Shown one piece after another: positions 26,820 through 42,180 of a stretch of DNA of 64,000 nucleotides. Position 1 is the stretch's first letter. The number at the start of each line of letters is the position of its first letter. The notes under the pieces are model-generated. The model saw nothing but the letters and a program-made list of their open reading frames with translations, searched no databases and was not told the DNA's origin. The stretch comes from Octopus vulgaris (taxonomy: Eukaryota), in the NCBI GenBank assembly GCA_951406725.2, contig OX597815.1, forward strand, positions 132,432,001 to 132,496,000, read 5' to 3'. Both the position numbers and the translations under genes were made by a program.

Positions 26820-28607
26820 GTGAGCAAAGAAAATCCAAAGTTGTACCAGCAAAAATTCCGCAAGGAATGGCTTAAGATGCGTTTACTAAGTGGATGTGTG
26901 AAGCACCTAGTGACTAATATCTAAAGCATGCCGCAGATGTTGTAGATGTAATATGTTGGCAAAATATTCTCTTTTAGTCAGCCACTGTGAAAAAAGGAAA
27001 CATAAGGCATCAACTCCACAGTAAATGATTCCTCTTACCAATTTTATTAAAACCAAAAATGATAAGACATCTATGCTTGAAGCAAATTTAGCAATGCTTA
27101 TTTGTTGCCACTCATCATTTAATAGCTGTGATCATTTAATAGAGTTATGTAAAATTTATATGTCTGATAGTGAATAATATTATGTCCAAAGTGAAATTGC
27201 ATCGTACAAAATGTGCAAAATATTATGAGAAATATTCTAGCTCCATATTTTTATGGAGATTTGCTTTCTGATATAGGAGATTAAAAAGTTAGCTTATTAT
27301 TAAATAAATCTAATGATATATCGATAAACAAATTGTTAAAAGTTGTTATCATATATTACAGTGACACTCAAAAAAAAGTCGTACACATCTCAATATGGTA
27401 TCTTTAGAAACCTGATGCAGATGGCATTGTAGATGCCTTTAAAAATTGAATTAGCAAAAAAGAAATTAGATATAAAAAATGTGCTGACTATAGGAACCGA
27501 CAATGCAAGAGTAATGATAGGAGTCAACAATGTTATTTTCCAGAAATTAAAAGCAGTTCCATCATTACTTCTATTTAGAATGTATGTTATCCTTTCCAAT
27601 TGGCAGTATCGTAATCTTGTACTGAATGCCTGCCCATAAATTTAGAATTTTTCGTATCCGAAACCTATAAATGGTTCTCTCATTCTTCTACAAAACAAAC
27701 AACTTTACTTTGCTATCACTGATAAGGAGCTTTTGAAAATTGTGAATTCTTGTACAATTAAGTGGCTGTCAATAGAACTAACTGTAAATAGAATTTTAAA
27801 CCAATCACTTAAATTGCAAACTCACCTACAAACTACAACTACAATAGGAAAATACTTTATAGCACAAATGCTTTGTGATTCTAGGAACGAACTTTACATT
27901 TTAATTTTGAATCCAAACTTAAAATATGTTCAGGAAGTGAATAAACTGTTTGAATCAAACACTGTCGACAAAACAAAATTACTTCAAATTTGATCAAATC
28001 TGTTGCTGATATGATAGTGTTGCCAAAATATAGAAATGATCCTCTTGATCCTGATGCTTCGATTGGAAAAAGTTTGGATCCTAAAGCAAGCTTAGGCTAT
28101 AGGTTTGTGAGAAACATAGCAGAAATGATTATCCAGAAGATTTTAACAGCCACTGAAGAAAATAATATTCGCAAATATTGTCAAACTCAAATGCAGATGT
28201 TGAACAGTTGTTCAGTAGTATGGGTGTAATCAAATCAAAATTGAAAAACAAAATGCCTCTTCCTATGCTTAGATCAATATTGTCTATAAAATATGACAAA
28301 TGTGGCAAATCTTCGATATTCCAAAAGACATAATTAGCAAGATTGGGGCCTTGAATGTATACAGAAGTCAAGATCTAGGCATTGCAGCTGAAAGTGATCA
28401 AATCAGTGAAATTCAAGAAATTATTTCTCAGTGCTGAATATAATTAAAGAAACTAAATATAAATGTAAATAAAAATTATGCTTTTAGATATAATTGGTCT
28501 TTAGCATTTTTCTTTTCTTATTTAGCATCATCTTTTTGGGGGGAAAGGTGTATTTTTTTCTATTGAAATTTAGCATAAAATTTTGATTTTAAGTTTGCGA
28601 CTCTGAT
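26820..28607 (+). mobile_element. Degenerate hAT-superfamily transposase (ZNF862-like) remnant
   Basis: Fragments YQQKFRKEWL, LHRTKC, IGTDNARVMIGVNN, KWLSIELTVNRILNQ; many frameshifts; candidate terminal repeat TTTGCGACTCTG. Confidence 0.75.
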
Positions 28608-28702
28608 CTAAACTGTTAATATAGGAATGCGAAAGAGATAGTTGAATAACTGTAAACATATTTTTGAGCCACCTTGTTGATATATATATATATATATATA
28701 TA

Positions 28703-28932
28703 CTTTATTTAAAGCACCAGAAAATTCAACAAAACATGGTACTCTGAGTTTCCCGTTTCCGTTCGTCGGTCAGTTTTTGCTAGCAAAAACTGACCGACGA
28801 ACGGAAACGGGAAACTCAGAGTACCATGTTTTGTTGAATTTTCTGGTGCTTTAAATAAAGCATATTACTCTACCACTGGTATTTGAGTACTCTTTTTTCC
28901 ACCTTGTTTCACGTTTATGTGTTTACTCCGGT
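28703..28932 (+). mobile_element. (TA)n-inserted HHR-like element with a perfect 158-bp palindrome (28703-28860)
   Basis: Axis between 28781 and 28782 (GCT|AGC); unfolded homolog at 54700-54982. Confidence 0.85.
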
Positions 28933-29109
28933 ATATATATATATATATACTTTCGCCCAATCGCTTATGACTCTGCCTACATTTTAGTATGTAGAATGAC
29001 ACGACCATGTATAGACGTAAAAATCACCTAAATTTATTCACAGATACATATCCATTTATACATACACACATTTATACACAGATACAATGCATGCACGCAC
29101 ACACTTGTA

Positions 29110-30207
29110 TTTCCAGTTGCCTTAAGAAGGGATCGAGCTCAGCGCTCCGATCACCACTGGTACCACTTTTACCCTCTCGCATTCCACACAGCCTTGCCAT
29201 TTCCTCTTTCAATTCGGAGTAATTGGTGATTTTTTCAACCTCTTTACTCACAACATTCATGTCATGTTGTATGGCTACATCAATGATCTGACAGTATTTG
29301 TCTCTCTTACTCAATATGAAAATATCCGGCCGACGGTGTTCGATTACACGATCCGTGTGAAAATCATAGTCCCAGAGTATCGTTACTTTCCATCATCTTG
29401 CATAACTTTACTTGGTACATGCTCATACCAGTTCTCTGTTACTTCATATTGGTATTTACGGCATAATAGCCAATGTAGATACACACACACTTTATCGTGG
29501 CGGCGTTTGTATTCTTTTGTGCAAGGCTCTCACATCCACTCACTAAGTGGGTCACACTCTCAACATTCTTTCCGCACAATCTGCTTTTCTGGGTGTCAGA
29601 AGTTTTATAGATGTTATACTTCACCGAATTGATAGCGAGAGCTTGGTCTTTTGCAGCAATGATCAGGCTTTCGGTGGTATGCTTCAAATCTCCTCGCTCA
29701 AGCCATGCCCAAGATGATTTATTATGCTTAAGGTTTGTGTATTCCTTTCAAACCGTCCACGCCTTCTCATTTCACGAATGTCTTCTTTTCTCTTCTCCTC
29801 AGCTCTTTGGTTAAACTCTTCATTGCTCATCATTTCATCTGCATTTATACCCATATCTTTGGCGGCATATTGCAACAGATTTTCATCACTATTTATCAAA
29901 TACTCGGCAAGCGTTCTCCTTTCACTCCATATACAAAGGTCTATACTAATTAGTCATCTACCACCATTCTTTCTTTTTATATACAGTCTGTTTACGTTTG
30001 CTTTAGGGTGTAGCGCCCTATGCAGCGACATCAAATTTCTCGTCCAATCCAATGTTGATATTTCCTCCTTAGTCCATTTGAGGATGGACGCACTATATCT
30101 CTGACCACCGCAACTGCCCAGATATTCATTGCGGCAAATTTTTGGCAATCAGGTTGGACTTCAACATCCACTTCACCCTTTTTTGATACGTCTCGCTGAC
30201 CATGACC
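29110..30207 (-). mobile_element. R4/Dong-like (RLE clade) non-LTR retrotransposon fragment
   Basis: TESLIIAAKDQAL, RLCGKNVESVTHLVSGC (zinc-finger-like), RRHDKV, RRPDI...IIDVAI...KEVEKITNY (restriction-like endonuclease); 5' junction lies in a (TAA)n tract. Confidence 0.85.
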
Positions 30208-30269
<62 letters not shown>

Positions 30270-30325
30270 CATTATTATTATTATCATTATTATTATTATT
30301 ATCATCATTATTATTATTATCATTA
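30208..30325 (+). repeat. (TAT)n/(CAT)n microsatellite
   Basis: Direct inspection. Confidence 0.95.
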
Positions 30326-30546
30326 TCTGATCCTGACGCCGCTATTGAAAGAATGGTTTCCGGTAGTTTTATTTTAAATTTATTTCAAGTTTAGTTTTGT
30401 AATATTTTGCGCCGTTGAAGGAGCTGACTCACGCCAGCTTTCTTTCACTCCCTGCTCCCTTGCTTACATTTGTGTCTACGTGCATCAACATACGATTTTG
30501 TTTTGTATGTGCGTGTGTGTGTGTGTGTGTGTCTGTGTTTGTGTGT

Positions 30547-30589
<43 letters not shown>

Positions 30590-31462
30590 TATCTGTGTTT
30601 CTCACTTCTTAACTCCTTTTTGCAAACCATTCCTTCAGCTTTAATACTTCTATTGTCGCCCACCTGCAGGTATGTATGTATGCGCATATACGCCTATGTG
30701 TGTGCTTTTTTCTTCTGTTCGCAGTCTTTTTTTTTTCTTTTTGCTTTTAGTATTACGTGCCTAACTAATCAACTGCTGAGCTGCAGCCAGTCTTCTTGCT
30801 TGTTCGTTTATGTGTATGTAATTGTATCTGTATGTTCGTGTGTGGACACACTCGATTCCTTTATCTATCTCTTATCTCTGCTTCTGTTTTCTCTTCTCAG
30901 TTCTTGGTGTCTTTTTTTCCATTCTTCCTCGTTTCACTTTTCATTCTTTCTTTCACTCTTCTCATCTTCTCCTCTCTCATTTCTTCGTTCAAGTCCGACC
31001 CGACTCCGGTATCAGCTTCTACTTGTGCATGAATGTTTACACACACTTTCACGTCTCTTCTAATTCAATTAAAAAAACAGACTGTCAAATCATCAAGTCG
31101 TCTGATTCGATCTCTCCGTCGCTATAGTTATGGGATGATGTAGTTTATTCAGTCTCTTATTATCTCAGGAAGACGATACGCAACGGGAAAACTCCAGAGT
31201 AATGGGTCACTGGGTTAATAGAACTGAACATTTACACTCTACTATGTTAATGGGTATTTTCGTCTCGTTTCCTAAAAAAAGCAAAACAAAAAAAACTACA
31301 CTCGCAGGCGTGGCTGTGTGGTTAGACGTTTGCTTTCCAATCACATGGTTACAGGTTCAGTACTCCTGCGTGGAAACTTGGGATAATGTCTTCTACTGTA
31401 GCCTCGGGCCGACCAAAGTCTTGTGAGTGGATTTGGTTGGCCGAAACTGAAAGAAGCCCGTC

Positions 31463-31566
<104 letters not shown>

Positions 31567-31606
31567 ATGCGTATATATATATACGTATGAATATGTATAT
31601 ATGTAT

Positions 31607-31892
31607 ACAGGCGTGGCTGCGTGGTAAGTAGCCTTATAACCAACATCATGGTTCCGGGTTCAGTCCCACTGCGTGGCACCTTCTACTATAGCCTCGGGCC
31701 GACAAAGCTTTCTGAGTGGATTTGCTAGATGGAAACTGAAAGAAGCCCGTTGTATAATCAGCCGAAATTGCGAAGATAATCTGGTACTTGACTGAGGAAA
31801 GAAAACTACAAATGACTCGTTCTTGTTTTCTTTGTATCGTCTATCTGGATGTTTTGTTGTCCCATTTTGCATTTTGTATACGTGTGTGTGTG

Positions 31893-31923
<31 letters not shown>

Positions 31924-32125
31924 CTGTGTGTGTTTGTCCCCCCACCATCGCTTGACAACAGATATTGGTGTGTTTACGTCCCTATAACTTAGCGGTTCGG
32001 CAAAGAGGCCGATAGAATAAGTACTAGGCTTACAAAGAATAAGTTCTGGGGTCGATTTGTCCGATTAAAGGCGGTGCTCCAGCATGGCCACAGTCAAATG
32101 TCTGAAACAAATAAAAGAAAAAAGA
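31607..32125 (+). mobile_element. SINE family A with a foreign insert (31752-31880) at its internal TA site
   Basis: Head, core and tail match other family A copies. Confidence 0.85.
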
Positions 32126-35100
32126 AAAAAGAAAAAATACATATGTATGTATATGTATATATATGTGTGTGTATGTGCGTGCGCGTATACGTATATATGT
32201 AATCATGTAGGTATTTGCGTGTGTTGATGTCTGTGTATGCACATATATATGCATACATATATAAATATATGTATGCATATGCAATATATGAATGTGTGTG
32301 TGTGTGCGCGCATGTGTGTGCGCGCGTGTGTGTGCGCGCGTGTGTGTGTCTGTGTGTTTGACTATGTCTGTGCGAGATGAATGTGCTGTAAACGGATATG
32401 TTAATCATAATAAAGGAAGGTTAGACTGTCATTTTTTCTAACACCAGAAATATCTTGCGTTGCCATATGCAAAGGCGGATATAAACCAGTGCGTATACAT
32501 TTGCACTTAACTCACATGTGTGACCAATAGTCATTCGAGATTATCACATGATGTTGAATCACTTTTTATGATATTTCATTTTTCTCTTGGGAGAAAATTA
32601 CCAATGATATACAGACTGCAGTATCTGTAACAATAATTAACCAACTTTCTTAGCTTTGTTTCAATCTTTATCGTATGTGAATGGCACAAGAACTGTGCTA
32701 TGGGTTGTGTTTACACACGCGCGCGCGCGCGCGCGCAAGTACTGCTTAGTATTTTGGTCCCCCACCAACCGGGGAAGTGTTTAGGAGTTGGAGCAAACAA
32801 GAAGAGCAACTGACAGCAGCTTAACTTTGGAAACACCGTTTAAGGGAATTGTAAAGAATTAGAAGGAAATTTTAAAACATGGCTTTTAGACCACCACAGT
32901 TTGAGCTTTTCAGTATTGGCTAAAATTATTATAGACCATCCAATATTTAAAACAATCGACGTTAGTGGACCAACATCATTGTTTTCTAGATTTGTGAGGA
33001 GAATTATTTCTGTATAATGGTAAGAACAAAATATACCCTCCGTGAATACGAAGGCAAAATCATTAAGTTTCGCAAGCAAGTGATTAGTGTAAGTTCATAA
33101 GGTAATTTTGAACTTTTATAGATATCATATGTGGACGAAGTCCGTTTGATATCTGATAATCCCACCAAACAGTTCAATAATATCGGAGAGTGTTAAATTT
33201 GTAACTTAAAATGTTGCCATGAAAATGTATACAGTTGTATAGTAGCACGAGGGGCGCTGATAGCATAAAACCACTATCTTTCCTGATTTTGAAACGAAAC
33301 ACATTGCCTCGAGAAATAATACGCATTTAATTCCAAGTCTATTGTAAAGGATGTGTGAATGAGAGAGAAATTAAATTGTGACTTGATAAAGTATGTTCCA
33401 GGCAACATGGTGAGTTGCAAAATAAACCTGATCAATCTTGGTCAGTTTTAAAATAAGCTTTATTAATTTGTTTCGAGCTCATAAAACTTAAGATGAAATT
33501 TGGAGAACTAGTAACCCATTTAGCAGTAATGTGAGGGGACCTCAATTAACCGTTTAAGGTATTCATGTGATAATGAATGCAATCTTTAGATTTTAAAGTG
33601 ACACCAAAAGTTACAAGGAAGAGGTTTACTATTACACAGGGGAGTTGGTAAAATGTTCGTAGATTTCCATGATACAAAAAAAAAAAAATAGAAGTGAAAA
33701 TTTTTTTAGGATTTTGGCCTTCGGATTGTCAGTAGGGAAAATGATAAGAGTTAATTTTCAGTATATTCTATGTTGAATTTGAAGATAAGTTTGATAAAGA
33801 TATTTTAAAAAATGCTCCTCTCGCGGAGAATTCCAGTGATTTCTGTTAATATGGATGTGAACAATCAGAATGAAATTTCGGGTTTTGGGGTAATGCAGAT
33901 TTACCGTCTGGAAATGATGAACTTCTATTTTTGTGGATGACAATTGAACAAGATTTTACCTTTTGTTTATTATTTCTTTCAGACATTGGACTACATCCAC
34001 GTTGCGTCGCCACCCTGAAGAGTTTAGTCGAAAACATTGGCGCCAATACGGATTTTTTTTTTTTTGGGTTTTGTTTCTTTTATCTTTTTAAACGCTTAGC
34101 TAACAAAACAACAGCGGTAGTCAAGCAGTGGGGGGAGGTGGAAAACAAACACAAAAACACAACACACACACACCTACACACACATAACATACGCACAAAC
34201 ACACACGCGTGTGCGTGTGTGTGTGTGTAATTAATAACGACTGAAGCAGTACTAATACCGAAAGGTAGTATTTATCCCCTTTTAAAAGTGGATGTGTTCG
34301 AATTCAGAATAGTGTACTGGTTACCATGAAAGAACTTCTCATATAGATTTGTGGTGGAGACAAGCACTCGTGTACATATCGTTAGCGAGAGGAAACCGTC
34401 CCCCATCTCCGCCGTCGAGCTTCCACATGGTTTCCGTCTACCAAATTATTAATAGCTTCGGGGGCTATAGTAGAATACACTTGTCCAAGGAGCCGTGCAC
34501 TGAACCTGAACCGAATCCACGAGGTTACAAAGCAACATTCTTAACCAGACAGCCATGCCTGTGCCTATGATTCGGTCGTTTTATTCTATTTTATTTTATT
34601 TCATCCTATTGTATTTTATTTTCTATTTACTATTTACAGTATCCAATAATGTTCACCAAAATTCTAGTTTCTGTTATAAAGAATTCAGTTATTTTTCTGT
34701 TGCTTGCAGCGTGCTAATATTCATTGGATTTTTGCTTTGTCTGCATGGAATGTAACCAACTATAGAAGTTCATTTACATTTGCAGATTTTCCAGATTGTT
34801 TTGTACCAGTTATTACCAATATATTTGCTTTTGTTTCCATGTACGAAGATTCATTGATACCAGTATATATTCTTTTTGTTATGGCAAATTTAATTTAGTT
34901 TCATTTCAAGGTTGATATAAAGCTACATTTTGTGATTTAATGCATTCGTCTAATATGACATTTGAATATCGTATTTACACGCACAGAGCCATAATTTTCT
35001 CTCACAAAACCACTTCCAGGTAACTTTCAACAGTTGTATAAAGAACCATAATAAGCAATGTTTCTTTTTTCCTTTTGCTCTTTTTTCACAAAACTTCCGT

Positions 35101-35752
35101 ACTCCGGAAAATACAGCTCAAAACCACGTGGAAGCAAAATTAGTTTCTTAACAACACAGTCATGTGTTTTCACGCCTGGGACAACTTCGACCATAGGTTT
35201 TCCTTTGTATTTGTTTGCAAGATTCATGATGTGTGTTCATGTGTTGAAACAAAGTTTGTTGTATCAGGAGAGGGCCATTAAGACAATAATAAAATACATG
35301 CACTGGTTCTATTTCACTTTATTATTTATCAAGTGATTAACTATTTAACCAATTAGTTAATCAATTATTAGACCTGAAGGAGACGTGAAATTGAGAGAGC
35401 ATATCATTGATATGGTCGCAAATATCGACAAAGATACTCAGAGAAATCTAAATGATTGACCGAAAGATTAATCAAACAATCGAAAAAAGTGAAATAGAAC
35501 CAGTGCAATTATATATTATTGCCATAATGATGCTCCTGATATGTAACGAAAGAAAATTTTATTCATTTTTAACTAATAAATCCACGCATCTGAGATATTC
35601 TTCCCACACTAATCATAGTTTTTAAATGAGCCAAACGATTAGTCAATTTCATCTTAATCTCCCATTTCATCGGGTGAAATCATCATTAATACCGGGCCAA
35701 TTAAAGGAATGAACGACTTAATAAAAGGCTAAGGGAGTTCATTTGGTATATA

Positions 35753-35783
<31 letters not shown>

Positions 35784-35811
35784 ATATATATATATATATT
35801 ATATGCATATA

Positions 35812-36931
35812 CAGGGTGAGTAAGATATTTGAGGACATACCTTTTCGTAGTCATTGCTGCATATTTTACTAACTCTGAATAATCTTTGTTTCAGAAAATA
35901 ATAATGGCAAACCCTCAGCTTACTCAAGAAATGAAGAGGCATGCTGCTATTGTGGATATAAAAGCTGAGTATAGTGATTCGGAAATATTTCAATTTTTAA
36001 AAGTTGCCAGATGTTTCGTCTACAAAGTTTGTAAGGAGCTAGAGACTGAAGATGGAAACGTATCACCAGTATCACAGCATGAAAATCATTCTAAACGCTC
36101 TGAAATCAACAGAACACCTGAATTTATCCAGCAAGTTCAACAGACCGTTGATTCTAATCCCAGAAAGTCCATAAGGTCAATTGCAAAAGATCTCTATGAG
36201 TCATAAGGAACATTCAGAAATGATGTCCACGAAGACATCAGATATATGTCTTATATAATGAGGAAAGACAATTTATCACAAAAAAAGCGAAGGAAAATCA
36301 CTACATCAGCTCTAAAAGGCTCTTAAACAAACTGAAAAATGCAGCAGAAGATTTACTTTGTTTTTTTTTCAAACGAGAAAAACTTCGACCAATGTCAAAA
36401 TGTAAAGAGAAGAAATGACAAATTGTTATGTGCAGACTTTTCTGGAGCTCTAAGTGTTATGCATACAAAATTTCCTGCAACCGTCATGGTTTTAGGGGTT
36501 GTCAGCAATGAAGGGCATGTGATGCCTCCTTACTTCTTTTCACAATGTTTTAGAGTTAACATTGCCGACTCCATTGGGGTCCTGTAAATAATTGTTAAAC
36601 CCTGGATAGACAGTGTATGCAATGGAATGCCATGTCTGTTCCAGTAAGACTCTCCGCTATTACACATGGCTCTAGTATCACAGGAATAGGTGGCTGAAAA
36701 TTTTCATGATCACATAACTCGTAACTTGGCCTCAATCCATTGGACTATAGCATGGAGAACGTTGTTCAGAGAGAGGTCAATGAAAACGCCCATAACACCA
36801 AAGATTCTTTGAAAGCTGCCATAGTCCGAGTAATGTCTAAAATGAACCAGGACCACTTAATTCAAGCATGTAGATGATTTAGATCTCCTATAAAAGCAAT
36901 TGTTGAAGGTGAAGGTGGCTTTATTGAATAA
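35812..36931 (+). mobile_element. Tc1/mariner (maT/DD37D-like) transposase pseudogene
   Basis: TA-CAGGGTG start; MANPQL...NPRKSIRSIAKDL helix-turn-helix region, FFSNEKNF, HTKFPATVMVLGVVSNEGHVMPP, ends EGGFIE*; stops and frameshifts; 3' TIR not seen. Confidence 0.88.
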
Positions 36932-37779
36932 CATTATTACATGGAAAAATGCGAGCATGGAAAGTATTATTCTTAAGATTATAAACCTGGAAAAGTACAG
37001 GACAAGTCATTACACTTGTAAAAGTATAAGACGAACTATTACTTCGAGTAAAGTAAAGAATAAGTAATGTTTTTACACATATATGTAATCTGTATATATA
37101 TATCATCGGCAGAAGTTACAGTAAGTCAAAAGCTGAGAGTTTCGTGTATTGGCACTTACCAAACACGAATTTAACCATTGTCACTCTGTAACTTCTAAAA
37201 TACAAGATTTTGTCAAAAACATTAAGAGTAAACCCTATTCTATGTGACACATTCTACCGTTATCGGGAGTCTGAAAGTATTCAGTTAAAAAAAAATAAAT
37301 GAAATAATCTATACGTCAAAGTTAACCTCGGCGAAATTTGAACTCAAAACGTAAAGACAGACGAAAAGCATAAAGAACTTCGCCCGGTGCGCTACCTTTT
37401 CCACCAGCTAGCCACTTTGGAATGTGACTATTCATTTTAGAAATATATTCTTTATTCTTATTGCTTAAGCGTTACTAACTTCCTTAGTTACTGACATAAA
37501 ATTTCATAATATTTTACTTCAGAACTGTTTTTCTACTGAACCAAATCTTAAACTATTTATGCCAAAGTGTAAACTGAGGAGGTATTCTCTTTAAAACTAT
37601 TAACAGTTTGCAGTTTAGTTGAGAACTGAATTAGTGGTGAAGCTTAGAAGCTGCTGCGATTGACGAAATGGTGGACTTCAGAATATATTCAACTGTGGTT
37701 AAATGATAGAAAAGAAGGTTTATTTTTATCCTCATACCATTTTTTGATAAAGTTATTCAAATATCTTACGCATATACAG

Positions 37780-37860
<81 letters not shown>

Positions 37861-38726
37861 CAGAGGGAGACAGAGAGAGAAAAAGACTCTTGTTTAACGA
37901 GAGACAGAGAGAGAAAGAGATTTAATAGGAGACGGACACACAGGTTCACAGGTTTATGAGATCGCGCGGGCGTTCCATGAGATCGTGTATAGTTGTATCT
38001 AGTGTAACATTGTTATAAATAGTAAAAGCGAAGGTTGCCATTAGGAGGAGAGACTTACAATATGGATGTTTAGAGAACGTTACGAGACGGACACGGGAAA
38101 TATATATGTGGCTGTGTGGTAAGAAACTTGCTTCCCAACCACATGTTGCCAGGTACAGTTCCACAGCGTGGCATCTTGGGCAAGTGGCTTCTACTATAAC
38201 CTCTGACCGAACAAAGCCTTATGGGTGGATTTGGTAGACGGAAACTGAAAGAAGCCTGTCGTTTTATTTATGTGTGTGTGCTTTTGTTAGTACCCCGCAA
38301 TGGCTTGACAACCGATGTCGGTGTGTTTACGTCCCCGCAACTTAGTGGTCCGACAAAACAACCGATTGAATGAGTACTAGGCCGCAGTCAAATGATTGAA
38401 GCAAGTAAAAGAAGATAAGTAAAAGTATATGTATGCATGCATGGAGGTATATATATATATATATTCATTCACACACATACACACGCACAAACACGCGCAC
38501 GCGCACACATTCATGTATGTGTGTGGGTGTGTGTGTGTAATTAACGAGGAATGAAAAAATACATTACGAAGGATATGTCATTAACAATTCAAATTTTTTA
38601 AAGAAAATATCAATGCCCAAACATGTAATCAAAAAATTTCGTAAAACAAGTACGCATAAAATGTGCGCGTGTGGTGTATATGTATATATATATATATACC
38701 TCCATGCATGCATACATACATACATG

Positions 38727-38763
<37 letters not shown>

Positions 38764-38788
38764 CCATGCATGCATACATACATACATG

Positions 38789-38864
<76 letters not shown>

Positions 38865-38932
38865 CATGTATATACTTTTACTTATCTTCTTTTACTTGCT
38901 TCAATCATTATATATATATATATATATATATA

Positions 38933-39929
38933 CTTTGATACTTTGATACTTTGATAGGTTTCGGCCATTATTGGCCCAGGCCATGTCTAACTTAATAGCA
39001 CCACCTGGGGAAGTCTTTCAAGTCAGAATTTGGGCACTATGGCCCACTCAAGTAGAGAGTTATTGTTTACAGAGACATATCCGGGTGTAGGGGGTTTATT
39101 GAAGGAATCTGTCCAAAGACTTCTTGAACCCTATAAGGTCAGTTTCTGTTTAATGTGTTTTGGTGTAATGTTAAAGAGAGCGGGGCCAATTGAGGTGAAA
39201 TAATTGTGCCGTATTGTTGTTATGAGATGAGAGTGCGATTTTTGTTTTGGGCGGATGGCACGGGGCCCAAGCCTTGGATGTACCCTAAAGGTGATGCCAA
39301 CATCATTTGGGCAATGCTGATGGAATATTTTCCACATCATGCAGATGATGTAGCGCTCACGACGACGTTGGAGAGAATAAAGTTTTAGCTTTTCTAGTCG
39401 ACCCCAATAGTCGAGGCCTGTCATGCCATCTATCTTTTTTGTGATTGCCCTTTGAGGTGCTTCAACTTTTATGATACCTTGTATTGTGTGGGGAGACCAC
39501 AGTGGACAACAGTATTCAAGGTGGGGTCGGGCAAAAGTGGAGAAGAGAAGGATAATGGTGTGGATATCTCTCGACTGGAAAGTTCTGAGAATCCAGGAAC
39601 ACATTCTGCGGGCCATGTCAACTTTGGTGTTTATATGAGTGGCCCAGCTTATGTTGTTGTCCACAATTACTCCCAAGTCTCTGACGTTGTTGGACGCCGC
39701 GAGAGTTTCACCTGAAGGAAGGGAGTATGGGAGTTTCAGGGCATCCTCTTTTCCAAAGTGGATTAACTCAAATTTATCCTCGTTCAGCAGCATATTGTTT
39801 TTTTCTGCCCATTGGATAACAGCCAGTAGATCTGACTGAAGGCATGTCCGGTCACTCGCCTTATTTATGACCTTCTGTAGCTTGGAATCATCTGCAAAAA
39901 TTTTTATGTTGCTGTGCTTGATGATGTCA

Positions 39930-39932
<3 letters not shown>
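38933..39932 (-). mobile_element. 5'-truncated CR1-like LINE with an open RT C-terminal frame
   Basis: [43 protein letters not shown]; (TATCAAAG)n tail; both ends in (TA)n. Confidence 0.92.
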
Positions 39933-39990
<58 letters not shown>

Positions 39991-40025
39991 GCATATATAT
40001 ATATACATATATATATATATACACA

Positions 40026-40099
<74 letters not shown>

Positions 40100-40307
40100 T
40101 ATGTTTTATTTGAGTATCATATACAGAATTTTATGTACAAAAAGTAATCATGCTCATATTTCCCTGTCCCAAGGCACTCGAAAACATAAACGACCAACAG
40201 TATAATAATGAAAGAGAAATAAAACTGACATTTTTGAGATTTGAATGAAAAATTTCTAATTCAAATCAACTAAGCGTGACCACACCTATACACTGACAAA
40301 CATACAC

Positions 40308-40343
<36 letters not shown>

Positions 40344-40732
40344 CCTCACGCACGTACACAAATACGCACACATACACTCACATTAGAATTTGTCAAGGAA
40401 ATTGAAATAGCTACGTAGACAATAACAGGACGACTAAACAGAAGCCGCACCTCGCAACCTGAAACAATAGAGACAGCAAGCGACTAGCGAGCCATTAAAA
40501 TGTCTTCCTGTAAAATTTAGACAAACATGATATCATCCTTATAAAAACAAATAAGTCTAACCGCAAAAACAGCATGACCGACGGACCACGGCTAAAATCC
40601 TCTCTAAACAGGATGCACATTGTCATACATATACTGATAGCATATCTGTTGATCGATTTAAACTCAATAGCTTGTCAGTTCACGTCTGCCCACTATTACC
40701 ATAAACCAAGTAACATAAAAAAAAACTGAGAT

Positions 40733-41325
<593 letters not shown>

Positions 41326-41685
41326 GCTTCTATGCCATCATCCGACTCACTAAAAATCGGAACTAAATTTCCTAAAATGAACTCGAAATGATTTGAACAG
41401 GATACTCACTCCACATGGTTTTATATAAACATATATTCTTTTCTACTCTAGCTACAAGAACCGAAATTTTGATGGAGTGGTGGGCAGTCGATTAGATCTA
41501 CCCCAGTACGCATCTGGTTCTTAATTTATTGACCCCGAAAGGGTGAAATCCAAAGTCGACCTCGCCGGAATTTGAACCCAGAACGTAAAGACAGACGAAA
41601 TACCGCAAAGAATTTCGCCCGATGTGCTAACGTTTCTGCTAGCTCGCTGCCTTTCATATAAATGTATATTGCTAAACATATATAG

Positions 41686-41890
41686 GCAAAGGCGTGGGTG
41701 TGTGTTAAGAAGCTTCCTTCCAAACTATATGGTTCTGGATTCAGTATCACTCCGTGGCACCTTGAGTAAGTGTCTTTTACTATAGCCTTGGGTCGACCAA
41801 CGTCTTGTGAGGTGATTTGTTAGAGGGAATCTGAAAAAAGCCCGTCGTATATATATGTAAGTATGCGTGTGTGATTGTGTGTGTCTGTGT

Positions 41891-41922
<32 letters not shown>

Positions 41923-42120
41923 TTCTGTGTTTGTCCTCCACTACTGTTTAACAACCAGTGTTGGTGTATTTAAGTCCACGTAACTAAGCGGTTCGGCAAA
42001 AGAATCCATTAGAATAAGTACTAGGCTTTATTAAAAATCAGTCGATTCATTTGAATAATATACTTCAAGGTGGTGCTGCAGCGTGGCCGCAGTCTTATAA
42101 CTGAAACAAGTAAAGAAAAA
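41686..42120 (+). mobile_element. SINE family A
   Basis: Head, core, (TG)n and tail match other copies. Confidence 0.88.
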
Positions 42121-42180
42121 ACAGTAAAATTTATTATATAGGCGCACGAGTGACTGTGTGGTATGTAGTTTGCTTACCCA

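Noticed and set aside
38427-38790. Short inverted and tandem copies of CCTCCATGCATGCATAC
   Set aside because: Explained by slippage or inversion within self-complementary TA/CATG microsatellites
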